64,000 bases of DNA. It comes from an uncultured Chloroflexia bacterium (lineage in GTDB: Bacteria; Chloroflexota; Ktedonobacteria; Ktedonobacterales; Ktedonobacteraceae). Of this stretch, positions 40,701 through 50,443 are shown in pieces. The notes under the pieces were generated by a model. The model saw only the letters and a list, made by a program, of their open reading frames with translations. It did no database searches and was not told the DNA's origin. How positions within the stretch are numbered: position 1 is the first letter of the stretch; the number at the start of each line of letters is the position of its first letter. The stretch covers positions 76,479 through 140,478 of the forward strand of contig CAVSXS010000007.1 of NCBI GenBank assembly GCA_963731975.1, in the 5' to 3' direction. Made by a program: the position numbers and the translations under genes.

Positions 40701-43109
40701 TTACTGCCATTCGGGCGGCACGGGCGGTGTGGGCGGCCTGAGAGAACGTGATTGCTGCTGCCTGCCCTGCCACTGTCCTTGCTGCCACTGACCCTGCTGT
40801 CCCTGCTGGCTCTGCGGGACGCCATTGCCGCCGAAGCCACCGCCGTTGGCAAATCCGTTCCCATTTCCAGTGCTACCGAACCCGTTTCCAAACCCATTGC
40901 CGCCGGGTTGGTACGCTGCCGGGGCATATGCAGGCGTGGGTAGCGAGCCTTGCCGCGCTCCACCTGGAGGAAGCGCCTGGTTGGGGTTTGGATAGCGTCC
41001 CAACTCTGCGGACTGTGCTGAGGCTGTGACGGTGCGGAAGACGCCGCTCACCGTCATGAAGTTGTCGGCACCTCGATCTTGTGTGACGGTGACACTGGCA
41101 GGGGTGTAGTAATCAACATTGTCGCGCAGCTTGAAGGCTTCGACCGAGGCGAGCAGTTGCTCGGCCAGGCGAGCCAGGCGCTCCATGTTCTGCGCCGCCT
41201 CGCGTGTGCTGGAACTGCTGTGCTGTGTCGAGTTGGAGACGGTTTGCATAATGCGCACAACCGTGTTGGAGGATTGTAGCTGCTGCGTAGCCATCTGGTT
41301 GATGGTTTCGATTTCGCGTGCCTGCCGTTCGACGACGCTGAAGATCGACTCGAGCGACGAACCGGCTTCCTCGGCCAGCTTCGCGCCTGCTGATGTCTCG
41401 CGTTCCGTATCCTGCATGGAGACCGCCGCCGCGCCAATGTCTTCGCGGACGCTGCGCACGATGCGACCGATCATGCCGGCCTGGTCTTTGGCGCGTTCCG
41501 CCAACCTGCGGATGTCGGCGGCCACCGCGCCGAAACCTTTACCGTTTTCTCCGGCCATGGCCGCCTGGATAGCGGCGTCCAGCGCGAGGCGGTTGGTCTG
41601 GTGCGCGATGTTGGAGATAGCGCCAACGATATTGTCGATTTCGCGAGAGCTATCACCCAGTGCCTGCACCTTCGAGGCGGTATCCTGCACGTAGGTCTGG
41701 ATGCGTCCCATGCCCTCGACGGTTTGCAGCACGGAGTCGCGCCCGGTCTGCGCCGTCACACGCGCGTCGCGTGCGATGGTATACAACGACTGGGCGCGGT
41801 CGGCCACCTGCCTGCTCAATTCGGACATGCGCTCGACCTCGACGGCAGCGGCTCCGATTTGCTTGATCTGCAAATCGGCGTTTTCGACCAGTTGCGTCAT
41901 ACGCTCGAAGGTAAGCGTGGTAGAGTTCTCTACCTCGTGCGAGACCATCTTCACGCGCACCACCAGGCTGCTCAGTTCCTCTACCATGTAGTTGAAGGAG
42001 TCGGCCAGCACGCCCAGCGCGTCCGCCGTCACCTCGGCCTGGATGCGCAGATCACCTTCGCCGACGCCGCTCACCTCACTCACCAGCTTCTCCACCTGGG
42101 CTTGCAGTGCGTCGCGCTGCGCCTGCGCATCCTGGATCAAGTGAACGATGTTATCCAGCATGTTGTTCATGGCGGTCGCCACCATAGCGATCTCGTCGTG
42201 GCCTCGAATAGAGGCACGCGCGTTCGTATTGCCCTTGGCGATGCGCCGGGTGAGCGTTGAAAGCTGCCCCAGCGGGCGCGTAATGGTCAGGTTGACGACG
42301 TAGCCTGCTGCGACGACGATCAGGATGGTCAGAATGAAGGCGACGATGGTCGCAACATAAATAGGCTGAACCTGCGAGTTGCCGACGGCGGTCACGGCTT
42401 TACCCATATTCACCGCGTCATCCACTACATTTTGCCAGTTGTTTTTAAGGTCAGTAAAGGCGTAGATGGCCTGGTGCAGGATGGCATAGTCGGTATTGTA
42501 TTCCGTATTGATCTGCGCCGGTGTCAAAACGACCGTCGGGTTGGCAGTCAATTCGCTTTGCAGGAAGTCAAGCCGGGTCAGCAATTGATCTTGTAAGGGC
42601 TTGTAGCCGGTGGTCGGGTTCACCCAGAGGTGGTTGATAACCTCGTTTAGCGAGCTTTGCTGCGACTGGATGATCGAGTTTCCGTTTGCCGGGTCGTCGC
42701 TCAACAGAATAGTGCGCACTGTACTCATATTATCTGATGTCGCCAGTTCGTAGCTGCTCTGATACGTTACTAACGCGTTGCCGAAGTCGCTCTCCAGCTT
42801 GCCTATTTCACTGTCTTCCTGGCCGCCGAGGGCAAACAGGGAGGGATCGGTGATGACCCTGCTGTGGCTGGCGAAGATCTGATAGAATTTCGCTTGCAAG
42901 AGAGCGTTCATGCGCTGCAAGTTGGTCTCTTCCTGGGCAGCCTGGCTCTGCGCGTCGAAACTGGTTCTCACTGCCTGTCCGCGTGTGTTGAGAGAGTTGA
43001 TATAAAAGTTGCCCAGCAAGATAATGACAATGCCGGGAATGAGCGCCGCAATCGCGAACGCGAAAAAGAGGCGTCGGAAAATAGGTATATTACCAAGAAA
43101 TCTAATCAT
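40701..43109 (-). CDS. methyl-accepting chemotaxis protein-like transducer (large periplasmic domain, HAMP, MA domain, G/N/Q-rich tail)
   Basis: 802 aa. Two TM segments and a HAMP domain after TM2. Signalling hairpin IAHQTNRLALDAAIQAAMAGENGKGFGAVAADIRRLAE. Confidence 0.9.
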   Translation of the reverse strand: MIRFLGNIPIFRRLFFAFAIAALIPGIVIILLGNFYINSLNTRGQAVRTSFDAQSQAAQEETNLQRMNALLQAKFYQIFASHSRVITDPSLFALGGQEDSEIGKLESDFGNALVTYQSSYELATSDNMSTVRTILLSDDPANGNSIIQSQQSSLNEVINHLWVNPTTGYKPLQDQLLTRLDFLQSELTANPTVVLTPAQINTEYNTDYAILHQAIYAFTDLKNNWQNVVDDAVNMGKAVTAVGNSQVQPIYVATIVAFILTILIVVAAGYVVNLTITRPLGQLSTLTRRIAKGNTNARASIRGHDEIAMVATAMNNMLDNIVHLIQDAQAQRDALQAQVEKLVSEVSGVGEGDLRIQAEVTADALGVLADSFNYMVEELSSLVVRVKMVSHEVENSTTLTFERMTQLVENADLQIKQIGAAAVEVERMSELSRQVADRAQSLYTIARDARVTAQTGRDSVLQTVEGMGRIQTYVQDTASKVQALGDSSREIDNIVGAISNIAHQTNRLALDAAIQAAMAGENGKGFGAVAADIRRLAERAKDQAGMIGRIVRSVREDIGAAAVSMQDTERETSAGAKLAEEAGSSLESIFSVVERQAREIETINQMATQQLQSSNTVVRIMQTVSNSTQHSSSSTREAAQNMERLARLAEQLLASVEAFKLRDNVDYYTPASVTVTQDRGADNFMTVSGVFRTVTASAQSAELGRYPNPNQALPPGGARQGSLPTPAYAPAAYQPGGNGFGNGFGSTGNGNGFANGGGFGGNGVPQSQQGQQGQWQQGQWQGRQQQSRSLRPPTPPVPPEWQ

Positions 43110-43189
43110 TGTCGCATTATCCCTTCTCTTGCGGAGCGGTGACTGCTCAAAGCATTCCCCACCAAGTGTACATCAACTGGGGAGGAAAT

Positions 43190-43237
43190 GGTACGTTCAG
43201 ATAGGTGATGTACCTGATTTTCCTATCGGAACGTACC
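43190..43237. other. 16-nt-arm inverted repeat between the SBP gene and the MCP-like gene
   Basis: GGTACGTTCAGATAGG-N16-CCTATCGGAACGTACC (1 mismatch). Confidence 0.5.
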
Positions 43238-43296
43238 GCATTTCAGATATCTGCCCGAGTGTGACAAATCGTAACTTGCGTATATTGCTGACTGTG

Positions 43297-44580
43297 CTAA
43301 AAATTCGCGGGCCGCGGATACTCTGGATTTTGTACTGCGACGGAATAAGGGTACACTGGAATAAACTGTCCGCCCTGCCATTGGAACAGGTAAGCGATGC
43401 CCTGCTTGTTCTGACCCGCATCGGGGGCGTTGACGTTATCGAACTGCGCCGTTCCCTGCACGGTGTTGAAGACTTCGCCGGAACTCAAGAGCGAGATCAA
43501 TTTGGAGTTATTCAGGCTCTGCGTCTTCGTCACAGCCTCCTGGAGCAGCTGCCCTACCGAAAACGCCTCTGCGACGTCACCGTTGATCTGGTCTTCCGTA
43601 CCACCATATTGAGCGAGGTACGCGCTCACCATCTGGGCGTTCTGGAAATTGTCGGCTTGCGGATACCAGCCGTTGGGAACGAAGACGCCCTCCGTGTACT
43701 TGAGGCCGCCGACGGTGTTGATGAAGTCCTTGCCCAGGTCTGGCCCCGCAGTTGCAATGATCGCCTTCGGGTTGAAATGCGCCTTCTTAAAGAGCGGGAT
43801 TTCGAGCTGAAGGTCTGGCAATAGCGTGCCGAGCAGCACCACATCCGGCTGCTTCTTGATGAGCTGCTCCGTGTCGGCTGTAGCTATCTTGGGGTCGCCG
43901 CCTTCGGGGTACTGGCTATTGATATTGCTGTACACCGTGGTCACGCCGTTCTGGGATAGCAACTGCTGAGCAGCAATCAACTGGGGGTACGTAAAGGGGT
44001 CATTCGAGGTCAGGTAGGCGGCTGTCTTGGGGCGCTGGGCTTTGGGCAGTGAAAGGATGTAGTAGGCGAAGGCGACCAGGTTGTTGTCTACCGGTACAGA
44101 AACAGCGAAGAGGTTGTGCCATCCTCCAGCGAAGACCGAGGGCGCGCCGCCCGCGCCCTCGATGAAGGCGTAGCCGTACTTCTGCGCGACCGGCGCGGCT
44201 GCTTTAGTCAGCAGTGTGGAGAACGGCCCCATAACCAGGTTGACGTGATCCTGTGTAATAAGTGTTGTGTAGTTCTTAGCGATCTGCACAGGGTCGCTCT
44301 TATCATCGAGGATTACCAGCTTGACAGGGCGGCCCAGTAACCCACCGCTGTTGTTGAGCATATCCGCCCAGAGCTGGTAGCCCTGCTGCATAGCTTGCCC
44401 GTCACTGGAGAAATCTTTGGTGAGCGAGAGCGAGATACCGATCGTGATCGGGTTGGTGTTGGTAAATGTTGGGGCGGAGTTCTGACCCCCGCCACACGCG
44501 CTCAATCCCACAAGCAATACAATAATACTACTGACAACGGAAAACCATTTCTTGCTTTTCGCACTTTGCCGATCAAACAC
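43297..44580 (-). CDS. ABC transporter substrate-binding lipoprotein, branched-chain amino acid (LivJ/Peripla_BP_6-like)
   Basis: 427 aa. GTG start after AAGGAG. Lipobox LVGLSACGG. ...PITIGISLSLTKDFSSDGQAMQQGYQLW... Confidence 0.88.
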   Translation of the reverse strand: MFDRQSAKSKKWFSVVSSIIVLLVGLSACGGGQNSAPTFTNTNPITIGISLSLTKDFSSDGQAMQQGYQLWADMLNNSGGLLGRPVKLVILDDKSDPVQIAKNYTTLITQDHVNLVMGPFSTLLTKAAAPVAQKYGYAFIEGAGGAPSVFAGGWHNLFAVSVPVDNNLVAFAYYILSLPKAQRPKTAAYLTSNDPFTYPQLIAAQQLLSQNGVTTVYSNINSQYPEGGDPKIATADTEQLIKKQPDVVLLGTLLPDLQLEIPLFKKAHFNPKAIIATAGPDLGKDFINTVGGLKYTEGVFVPNGWYPQADNFQNAQMVSAYLAQYGGTEDQINGDVAEAFSVGQLLQEAVTKTQSLNNSKLISLLSSGEVFNTVQGTAQFDNVNAPDAGQNKQGIAYLFQWQGGQFIPVYPYSVAVQNPEYPRPANF

Positions 44581-44843
44581 GTCTCTTCTCCTTCTTCGAC
44601 TGGCCTGTGACGTGACCTTCTTAAATGTATGTATATGCTCGTTTGCGTTGCATTTACGCCTACCAATGTATCTGCGGATAGAAACCGGAACACCCCGAAG
44701 AAACCGTCAACTTACTGTACTCCACTTTGAGCAGAAAGGAAACTTTTAGGCAGCAAACCTACCTGAATTTCCTATCTGGCGATGCTTCAAACGTGCTATA
44801 CTTTCTGTCAACGAGAGAAATTCGCAGCAAGAGGAGCCATCCT

Positions 44844-46412
44844 ATGCTTACAGAGTCCATCGTCGGTTGGCCGTTTCACAAGGTTTTGATCGCCAATCGT
44901 GGTGAAATTGCCATACGAGTCATCCGCGCCTGCCACGAATTGGGGCTGACCAGCGTGGCCGTGTATAGTGATGCCGACCGCAATGCCCTGCATGTGCGTA
45001 TGGCCGACGAAGCCTACCATATCGGCCCGTCGCAGGCGTCGAAGAGCTACCTGCATATCCCGACTATCATCGAGACGGCGAAGCGAGCGGGCGCGCAGGC
45101 CATCCACCCTGGCTATGGTTTCCTGTCGGAGAACGCCACGTTCGTAGATGCCTGCGCCGAGGCCGGGCTGATCTTCGTTGGGCCGCCGGCAAGCGTGCAG
45201 CGCGGCGTAGGCGAGAAGACCGCCGCGCGCACTACCGCCCGCGATGCCAACGTGCCGATTGTGCCGGGCGCGATGCTTGATGACCTGGACGAAGTCGGCA
45301 TCGCCCAACTCGCCGAGAAGATCGGCTATCCCCTCCTGCTGAAGGCTGCTGCTGGCGGTGGCGGTAAAGGCATTCGCTTCGTGCGCGATCCCAAGGACCT
45401 GTCAGCCTCGCTCCGCACGGCGCGCAGCGAGGCGAAGAGCGCCTTCGGCGATGACCGCGTCTACATGGAGAAGGCCATCTCGCCCGCGCGGCATATCGAG
45501 GTGCAGTTCATCGCCGACACGCACGGCAACGTCGTCCACCTGGGCGAGCGCGAGTGCAGCATCCAGCGCCGCCACCAGAAATTGATCGAAGAGTCTCCTT
45601 CGCCCGTGCTGGACGAGGCGCTGCGCGAGCGCATGACGGTCGCGACCATCAACCTCATACGTTCTATCTCCTACGTCAACGCTGGAACCGCCGAGTTCCT
45701 GCTTGGACCCGACCGCAGCTTCTATTTCCTAGAGGTCAACGCGCGCATCCAGGTCGAGCACCCCGTCACCGAGTGGGTCACGGGCATCGATCTTGTACGC
45801 GAGCAGTTCCGCGTGGCGGCTGGTTTGCCGCTCTCCTTCACGCAGGATCAGGTCATCTTGCGCGGCGCGGCAATCGAGGCGCGTATCTCCGCTGAAGACC
45901 CCGACAACCGCTTCTTGCCCGCCACCGGCACGGTACTGGCCTTGCAAGAGCCGTCAGGTCCCGGCGTGCGCGTCGATAGCGGCCTCTACGCCGGGTTGCA
46001 GGTGCCGCTGTTTTACGACCCGCTGCTCTCCAAGCTGATTGTATGGGCCAACGACCGCCCCCAGGCCATCGCGCGCCTGCGCCGCGCCCTCGAAGAGTAC
46101 CAGATCATGGGCGTGCGCACCACTATTCCCTTCGCGCGCTGGCTGATGGACCACCCTCGCTACCAGGCCGGTGACATGTCCACCGACTTCATCGCTGAGG
46201 AGTGGGAGCCGCTCAAGAAAGCCGCCGAAGTTGTCGAATTCTACTGGAGGCGACGCAGCAAACGAGGCCCTATCGCCGCCGCAGATTGCCGCGCTCGTGG
46301 GCGGACTGCTGCTGAGCCAGCAGGTCGAGGAGGAGAAGATGCGCCGCAAGCCGATCGGCGCGGGCGAAAACGGGGACTCGGTGAGTCGCTGGAAAGACGC
46401 GGGCAGGCGTGA
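44844..46412 (+). CDS. accC: biotin carboxylase (acetyl/acyl-CoA carboxylase subunit). The last ~170 nt of this frame look non-coding-like (see findings)
   Basis: ATG at 44844 after GAGGAG. KVLIANRGEIAIRVIRAC...GYGFLSEN...LLKAAAGGGGKGIRFV...ECSIQRRHQKLIEE. Confidence 0.9.
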   Translation: MLTESIVGWPFHKVLIANRGEIAIRVIRACHELGLTSVAVYSDADRNALHVRMADEAYHIGPSQASKSYLHIPTIIETAKRAGAQAIHPGYGFLSENATFVDACAEAGLIFVGPPASVQRGVGEKTAARTTARDANVPIVPGAMLDDLDEVGIAQLAEKIGYPLLLKAAAGGGGKGIRFVRDPKDLSASLRTARSEAKSAFGDDRVYMEKAISPARHIEVQFIADTHGNVVHLGERECSIQRRHQKLIEESPSPVLDEALRERMTVATINLIRSISYVNAGTAEFLLGPDRSFYFLEVNARIQVEHPVTEWVTGIDLVREQFRVAAGLPLSFTQDQVILRGAAIEARISAEDPDNRFLPATGTVLALQEPSGPGVRVDSGLYAGLQVPLFYDPLLSKLIVWANDRPQAIARLRRALEEYQIMGVRTTIPFARWLMDHPRYQAGDMSTDFIAEEWEPLKKAAEVVEFYWRRRSKRGPIAAADCRARGRTAAEPAGRGGEDAPQADRRGRKRGLGESLERRGQA

Positions 46413-46541
46413 GGTGCTGCGAAGATTGTAGCGCATCCTTTCGAACTTTGCGGGCGCGCTCAACGTATAAATCAGTAGCGGTTATCCGCGATTGCTGCCT
46501 ATCGCCTATTCGCTATGCTTTGAATATATTGGAGGACATCG

Positions 46542-47123
46542 GTGCCCCAGGGAAAAGCCTTTGAGCGGCGCACTCGCCTGACACGCGAGATCATCGAAAC
46601 GATCGCGCTGACACTGCTCATGTTTCTTGTCATTCGCTTTGCCGTGCAGAACTTTCGCGTGGACGGCATGAGCATGGAGCCGACGTTGCATAATAGCGAA
46701 TATATCCTGGTTGATAAGGCGGCTTACCTCTTCCATGCACCCTCGCGGGGAGATGTGATCGTCTTCGAGTATCCCCTCGACACGAGCGTCGATTATGTGA
46801 AGCGCATCATCGCCATTCCTGGCGATACGATCAGCGTCGTAGGTCAGCAGGTCACAGTGGACGGCGTGACGCTGAGCGAACCCTATGTGAATGCCTCCGA
46901 TCCCTACAATCCCTTTCCACCTATCGTCAATCGCAAGGTCGGACCGAACGAATACTTCGTGATGGGAGACAATCGCGGCAACAGTTCCGATTCGCGGCAA
47001 TGGGGTTTCGTGCCTCTCCAGAACATCATCGGCCAGGCGTCATTCGTGTACTGGCCCTTCAACGAAGGCAACTTCGGCCTGCTGGCCAACGTGACCAGCG
47101 TCTTCGCCGGCATACACTCGTAG
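46542..47123 (+). CDS. lepB: signal peptidase I
   Basis: GTG start after GGAGGA. ...GMSMEPTL...GDVIVF...YVKRIIAIPGD...MGDNRGNSSDSRQWGFVP. Confidence 0.94.
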   Translation: MPQGKAFERRTRLTREIIETIALTLLMFLVIRFAVQNFRVDGMSMEPTLHNSEYILVDKAAYLFHAPSRGDVIVFEYPLDTSVDYVKRIIAIPGDTISVVGQQVTVDGVTLSEPYVNASDPYNPFPPIVNRKVGPNEYFVMGDNRGNSSDSRQWGFVPLQNIIGQASFVYWPFNEGNFGLLANVTSVFAGIHS

Positions 47124-47147
47124 CTATCGCCGATGCGCCTCGCTGCT

Positions 47148-48032
47148 TTACCTCTCCTGCACAGGTGCAGGCAGCTCAAAGACTGGAGGTGTCTTGCCGC
47201 GCAGCTTCGCTGATTCGGACTTGAGACGTCCAACCGCTTCTTGCGGGACATAGCGCCCACCCAGAGGCGTAGGATGGATGCCGGGGCCATGAAAATCGCT
47301 ACCACCGGTGGGGATAAGATGATACTCTTCCGCCAGGGCGCGCAGCGCATCCTCCTGCTGCGAAGTGTAGGAGCCGTAGTACGTTTCGAGGCCGACCATG
47401 CCGACATCGACCAGGCGAGGTAGCCACGCACGCAGCTCATCCAGGCCGGGCAGGGTGATGGGATGCGCGATAACGGGCAGGCCGTTCGCGCTGGCAATCA
47501 GGCGCACGGCGTCATCTGCCGTCAGGCGATAACGTGGCACATAGGCCGGGCAGCCGTTGCCGATATATTTTTCGAATGCCTCGCCTATGCTCCGTACATA
47601 GCCCGCTTCGAGCAGCGCCTGTGCCACGTGAGGGCGACCAACCGCACCCTGGGCGATTTCGCGCACGCGCTCCCACGAGATGGAGACGCCCTGCTCGTTC
47701 AGGCGCTCGACCATACGCTGCCCTCGTAGTACGCGCGCGTCCCGGAGCACTTTCAGCACAGATTGGAAGGCGGGTCGCTCGTACTCCATGAAATAACCGA
47801 GCACGTGAACTTCGCCGCCACCGGCATCGGTGTTGATTTCGATGCCGGGGATGAAGTCAATTTGTAGCTCCTGAGCAGCGCGTGCGGCCTCAGCCAGCCC
47901 GTCCGTTGTATCGTGATCGGTCAGCGCCAGTACGAGCAGCCCGGCTTCACTGGCGCGCTGTAGCAGTTCCGCCGGGGCATAAACGCCGTCCGAGGCGGTC
48001 GAATGAGTGTGTAAATCGATGATGTTAGGCAC
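47148..48032 (-). CDS. PHP-domain metal-dependent phosphoesterase (TrpH/YciV-like)
   Basis: MPNIIDLHTHSTASDG...ALTDHDT...GGSDFHG. Confidence 0.88.
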   Translation of the reverse strand: MPNIIDLHTHSTASDGVYAPAELLQRASEAGLLVLALTDHDTTDGLAEAARAAQELQIDFIPGIEINTDAGGGEVHVLGYFMEYERPAFQSVLKVLRDARVLRGQRMVERLNEQGVSISWERVREIAQGAVGRPHVAQALLEAGYVRSIGEAFEKYIGNGCPAYVPRYRLTADDAVRLIASANGLPVIAHPITLPGLDELRAWLPRLVDVGMVGLETYYGSYTSQQEDALRALAEEYHLIPTGGSDFHGPGIHPTPLGGRYVPQEAVGRLKSESAKLRGKTPPVFELPAPVQER

Positions 48033-48087
48033 ACATCGTCCCTTCTGCTCTCAACGCGCATGACCTGCATCACGTATAGACGATAAG

Positions 48088-49641
48088 CTACCGCGCATAA
48101 TCGACCGAGCGCGTCTCGCGCACGACGCAGACCTTGATCTGGCCTGGGTAGTCGAGACTGTCCTCGATCTTGTGAGCGATATCGCTGGCAAGCTGGTTGG
48201 CGGCAAGCTCGTCGATCTCCTCGGGTTTGACGATGATGCGTACCTCGCGTCCGGCCTGGATTGCAAACGATTTTTCGACGCCGGTAAACGAGTTAGCGAT
48301 CAATTCCAGCGCCTCCAGGCGTTTGATGTACAGGTCGATGGTTTCACGGCGTGCCCCTGGGCGAGCGGCGGAGATAGCGTCCGCGGCCTGCACGATGGCA
48401 GCTTCCAGACTCTGTGGCTCGGCTTCTGTGGCGTGGTGCGCGACCATCGCGTGGATGATCCTGGGCGATTTCCCGAAACGGCGCGCGATTTCCCCGCTGA
48501 TGATGGCGTGCGGCCCCTCGACCTCCTGGTCAATCGCCTTGCCGAGGTCATGCAGCAGCGCCGCTGTCTTGCTGACATTGACATCTGCGCCCAGCTCGTG
48601 CGCCATCGTCGTCGCAAGAATGGCCACTTCGACGGAGTGCGCCAGCACGTTTTGCCCGTAGCTGGTGCGGAAATGCAGGCGTCCCAGCAGCTTGAGCAAT
48701 TCGGGCTGCAAGCCGTGGACATTGGCCTCCATCGCGGCTCGCTCTCCCTCTTCGCGGACGATGATGTCTACTTCCTGTCGTGCTTTCGCCACGACTTCTT
48801 CGATACGCGCCGGATGGATGCGACCGTCGAGAATGAGACGCGTCAGCGCGACGCGCGCGATCTCGCGCCGTACCGGGTCAAAGCCGGAGAGGATCACCGC
48901 CTCCGGCGTATCGTCGATAATCAGATCGACGCCGGTGGCAGCTTCCAACGCGCGGATATTGCGGCCTTCGCGTCCGATGATGCGCCCCTTCATCTCGTCG
49001 TTGGGCAGCGGCACCACCGAGACGACCGCTTCCGCCACCTGGTCGGAGGCGCAGCGTTGAATAGCGAGCGTGATGATCTCACGCGCACGGGCATCGGCCT
49101 CTTCACGGGCCTGCTCCTCGATAGCGCGAATGCGCTTTGCTGCTTCCGTGCGCACGCGGAACTCAATTCGCTCAAGCAGCACTTCTTTGGCCTGCTCCTC
49201 CGTCAATTGCGCGATACGCTCAAGCTCGCGCAGGTGGTCTCGTTTAACCTCCTCGACCTCCTCGCGCGTCTGTTCGATGGAACGCTCGCGCGCCGTTAGC
49301 TTGCGCTCGCGCTGTTCCAATGCATCAATCTTGCGTTCGAGGTTTTCTTCCTTCTGCTGCACGCGCCGCTCCTGGCGCTGCAACTCGGCGCGCCGCTCGG
49401 CATTATCGCGTTCTATCGTGGCGCGGAAACGCGCCGACTCCTCTCGCGCCTCGTGAAGCGCTTCGCGCTGCTGTGATTGAAGTTCCAGCAGTCGCTGCTC
49501 GCTATTTTCTTTCTCAATTCGCAAACGGTCCGCGAATTGTTGTTTATTATGAGCTTTCCCCAGCAAGTATCCTGCGTAGAGAGCTATTAATGCTCCCGCC
49601 ACAAGAATAAGCAAGGCAGCTACGATGATCCCTGATTGCAC
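48088..49641 (-). CDS. rny: ribonuclease Y
   Basis: 517 aa. N-terminal TM helix, coiled coil, KH ([15 protein letters not shown]) and HD (HSVEVA...LLHDLGKA) domains. GTG start after GGAGG. Confidence 0.95.
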   Translation of the reverse strand: MQSGIIVAALLILVAGALIALYAGYLLGKAHNKQQFADRLRIEKENSEQRLLELQSQQREALHEAREESARFRATIERDNAERRAELQRQERRVQQKEENLERKIDALEQRERKLTARERSIEQTREEVEEVKRDHLRELERIAQLTEEQAKEVLLERIEFRVRTEAAKRIRAIEEQAREEADARAREIITLAIQRCASDQVAEAVVSVVPLPNDEMKGRIIGREGRNIRALEAATGVDLIIDDTPEAVILSGFDPVRREIARVALTRLILDGRIHPARIEEVVAKARQEVDIIVREEGERAAMEANVHGLQPELLKLLGRLHFRTSYGQNVLAHSVEVAILATTMAHELGADVNVSKTAALLHDLGKAIDQEVEGPHAIISGEIARRFGKSPRIIHAMVAHHATEAEPQSLEAAIVQAADAISAARPGARRETIDLYIKRLEALELIANSFTGVEKSFAIQAGREVRIIVKPEEIDELAANQLASDIAHKIEDSLDYPGQIKVCVVRETRSVDYAR

Positions 49642-49869
49642 TTCGGCCTACCTCCAATAAGAAAAAGGCGAACAGGCCTTTATCGCTGTAACAGATAGAA
49701 AAGGTATAATGAGTAGAGATGTTTGTATCTCAGGCAACTGTTGTCAGGCGGCTCCGTAACCTCCGTAACAGAAGCATACGGTGCGCCAAGCATACTATAT
49801 AGGACTAGTGGAAGACTGTCAAGCGTACAATTCGTATATGTCAAGTAGAAGTAGACCGGAGTATCGATT

Positions 49870-50331
49870 ATGTATCAGGTACCATCGCATGAGCAGCCCG
49901 CATCACTGCGCCCGACGCATGTCGTGACCTGCTTTCTGCGGCGCGGCGATTCGGAGGGGGAGCGCATCCTACTGGTGCGCCGCAGCCAGCGTGTCGGCAG
50001 CTACAACTCGCGCTGGGCAGGCATAAGCGGCTTTGTCGAAGAGGGCATTCCACCCGATGAGCAAGCCTACACGGAGATTCGTGAAGAGACGGGTTTGCAG
50101 CGCGAGCAGGTGCGTATGCTCAAGCGCGGGGCAGTCGTCGAGTACGAAGATGCTTCCATTGGGCGACACTGGTTCGTCCACCCCTACCTCTTCGATACGC
50201 TCGCCCCCGACGCCATACGGCTAGACTGGGAAGCCACCGAAATTCGCTGGATTTCCCCCAGCGAATTGGGCCAATTCGAGACGGTGCCGAAGCTGCAAGA
50301 AGCCTACGAATCGGCCATCAACGGCCTGTAG
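49870..50331 (+). CDS. NUDIX hydrolase
   Basis: Nudix box GISGFVEEGIPPDEQAYTEIREETGL. Confidence 0.85.
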   Translation: MYQVPSHEQPASLRPTHVVTCFLRRGDSEGERILLVRRSQRVGSYNSRWAGISGFVEEGIPPDEQAYTEIREETGLQREQVRMLKRGAVVEYEDASIGRHWFVHPYLFDTLAPDAIRLDWEATEIRWISPSELGQFETVPKLQEAYESAINGL

Positions 50332-50443
50332 GGGCGACCGTCGTGGTCGCCCGCCTAACGCACGTCGAGCCGCCTTAGGTAGCCATTCACGACCTTTCGC
50401 CGCCATCAAGCGGGTGGCGGGCGACCTCGAGGGTCGCCCCTAC
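50328..50443. repeat. inverted doublet of the 28-nt REP unit
   Basis: GTAGGGGCGACCGTCGTGGTCGCCCGCC (50328-50355) and its inverted copy GGCGGGCGACCTCGAGGGTCGCCCCTAC (50416-50443). Confidence 0.9.
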
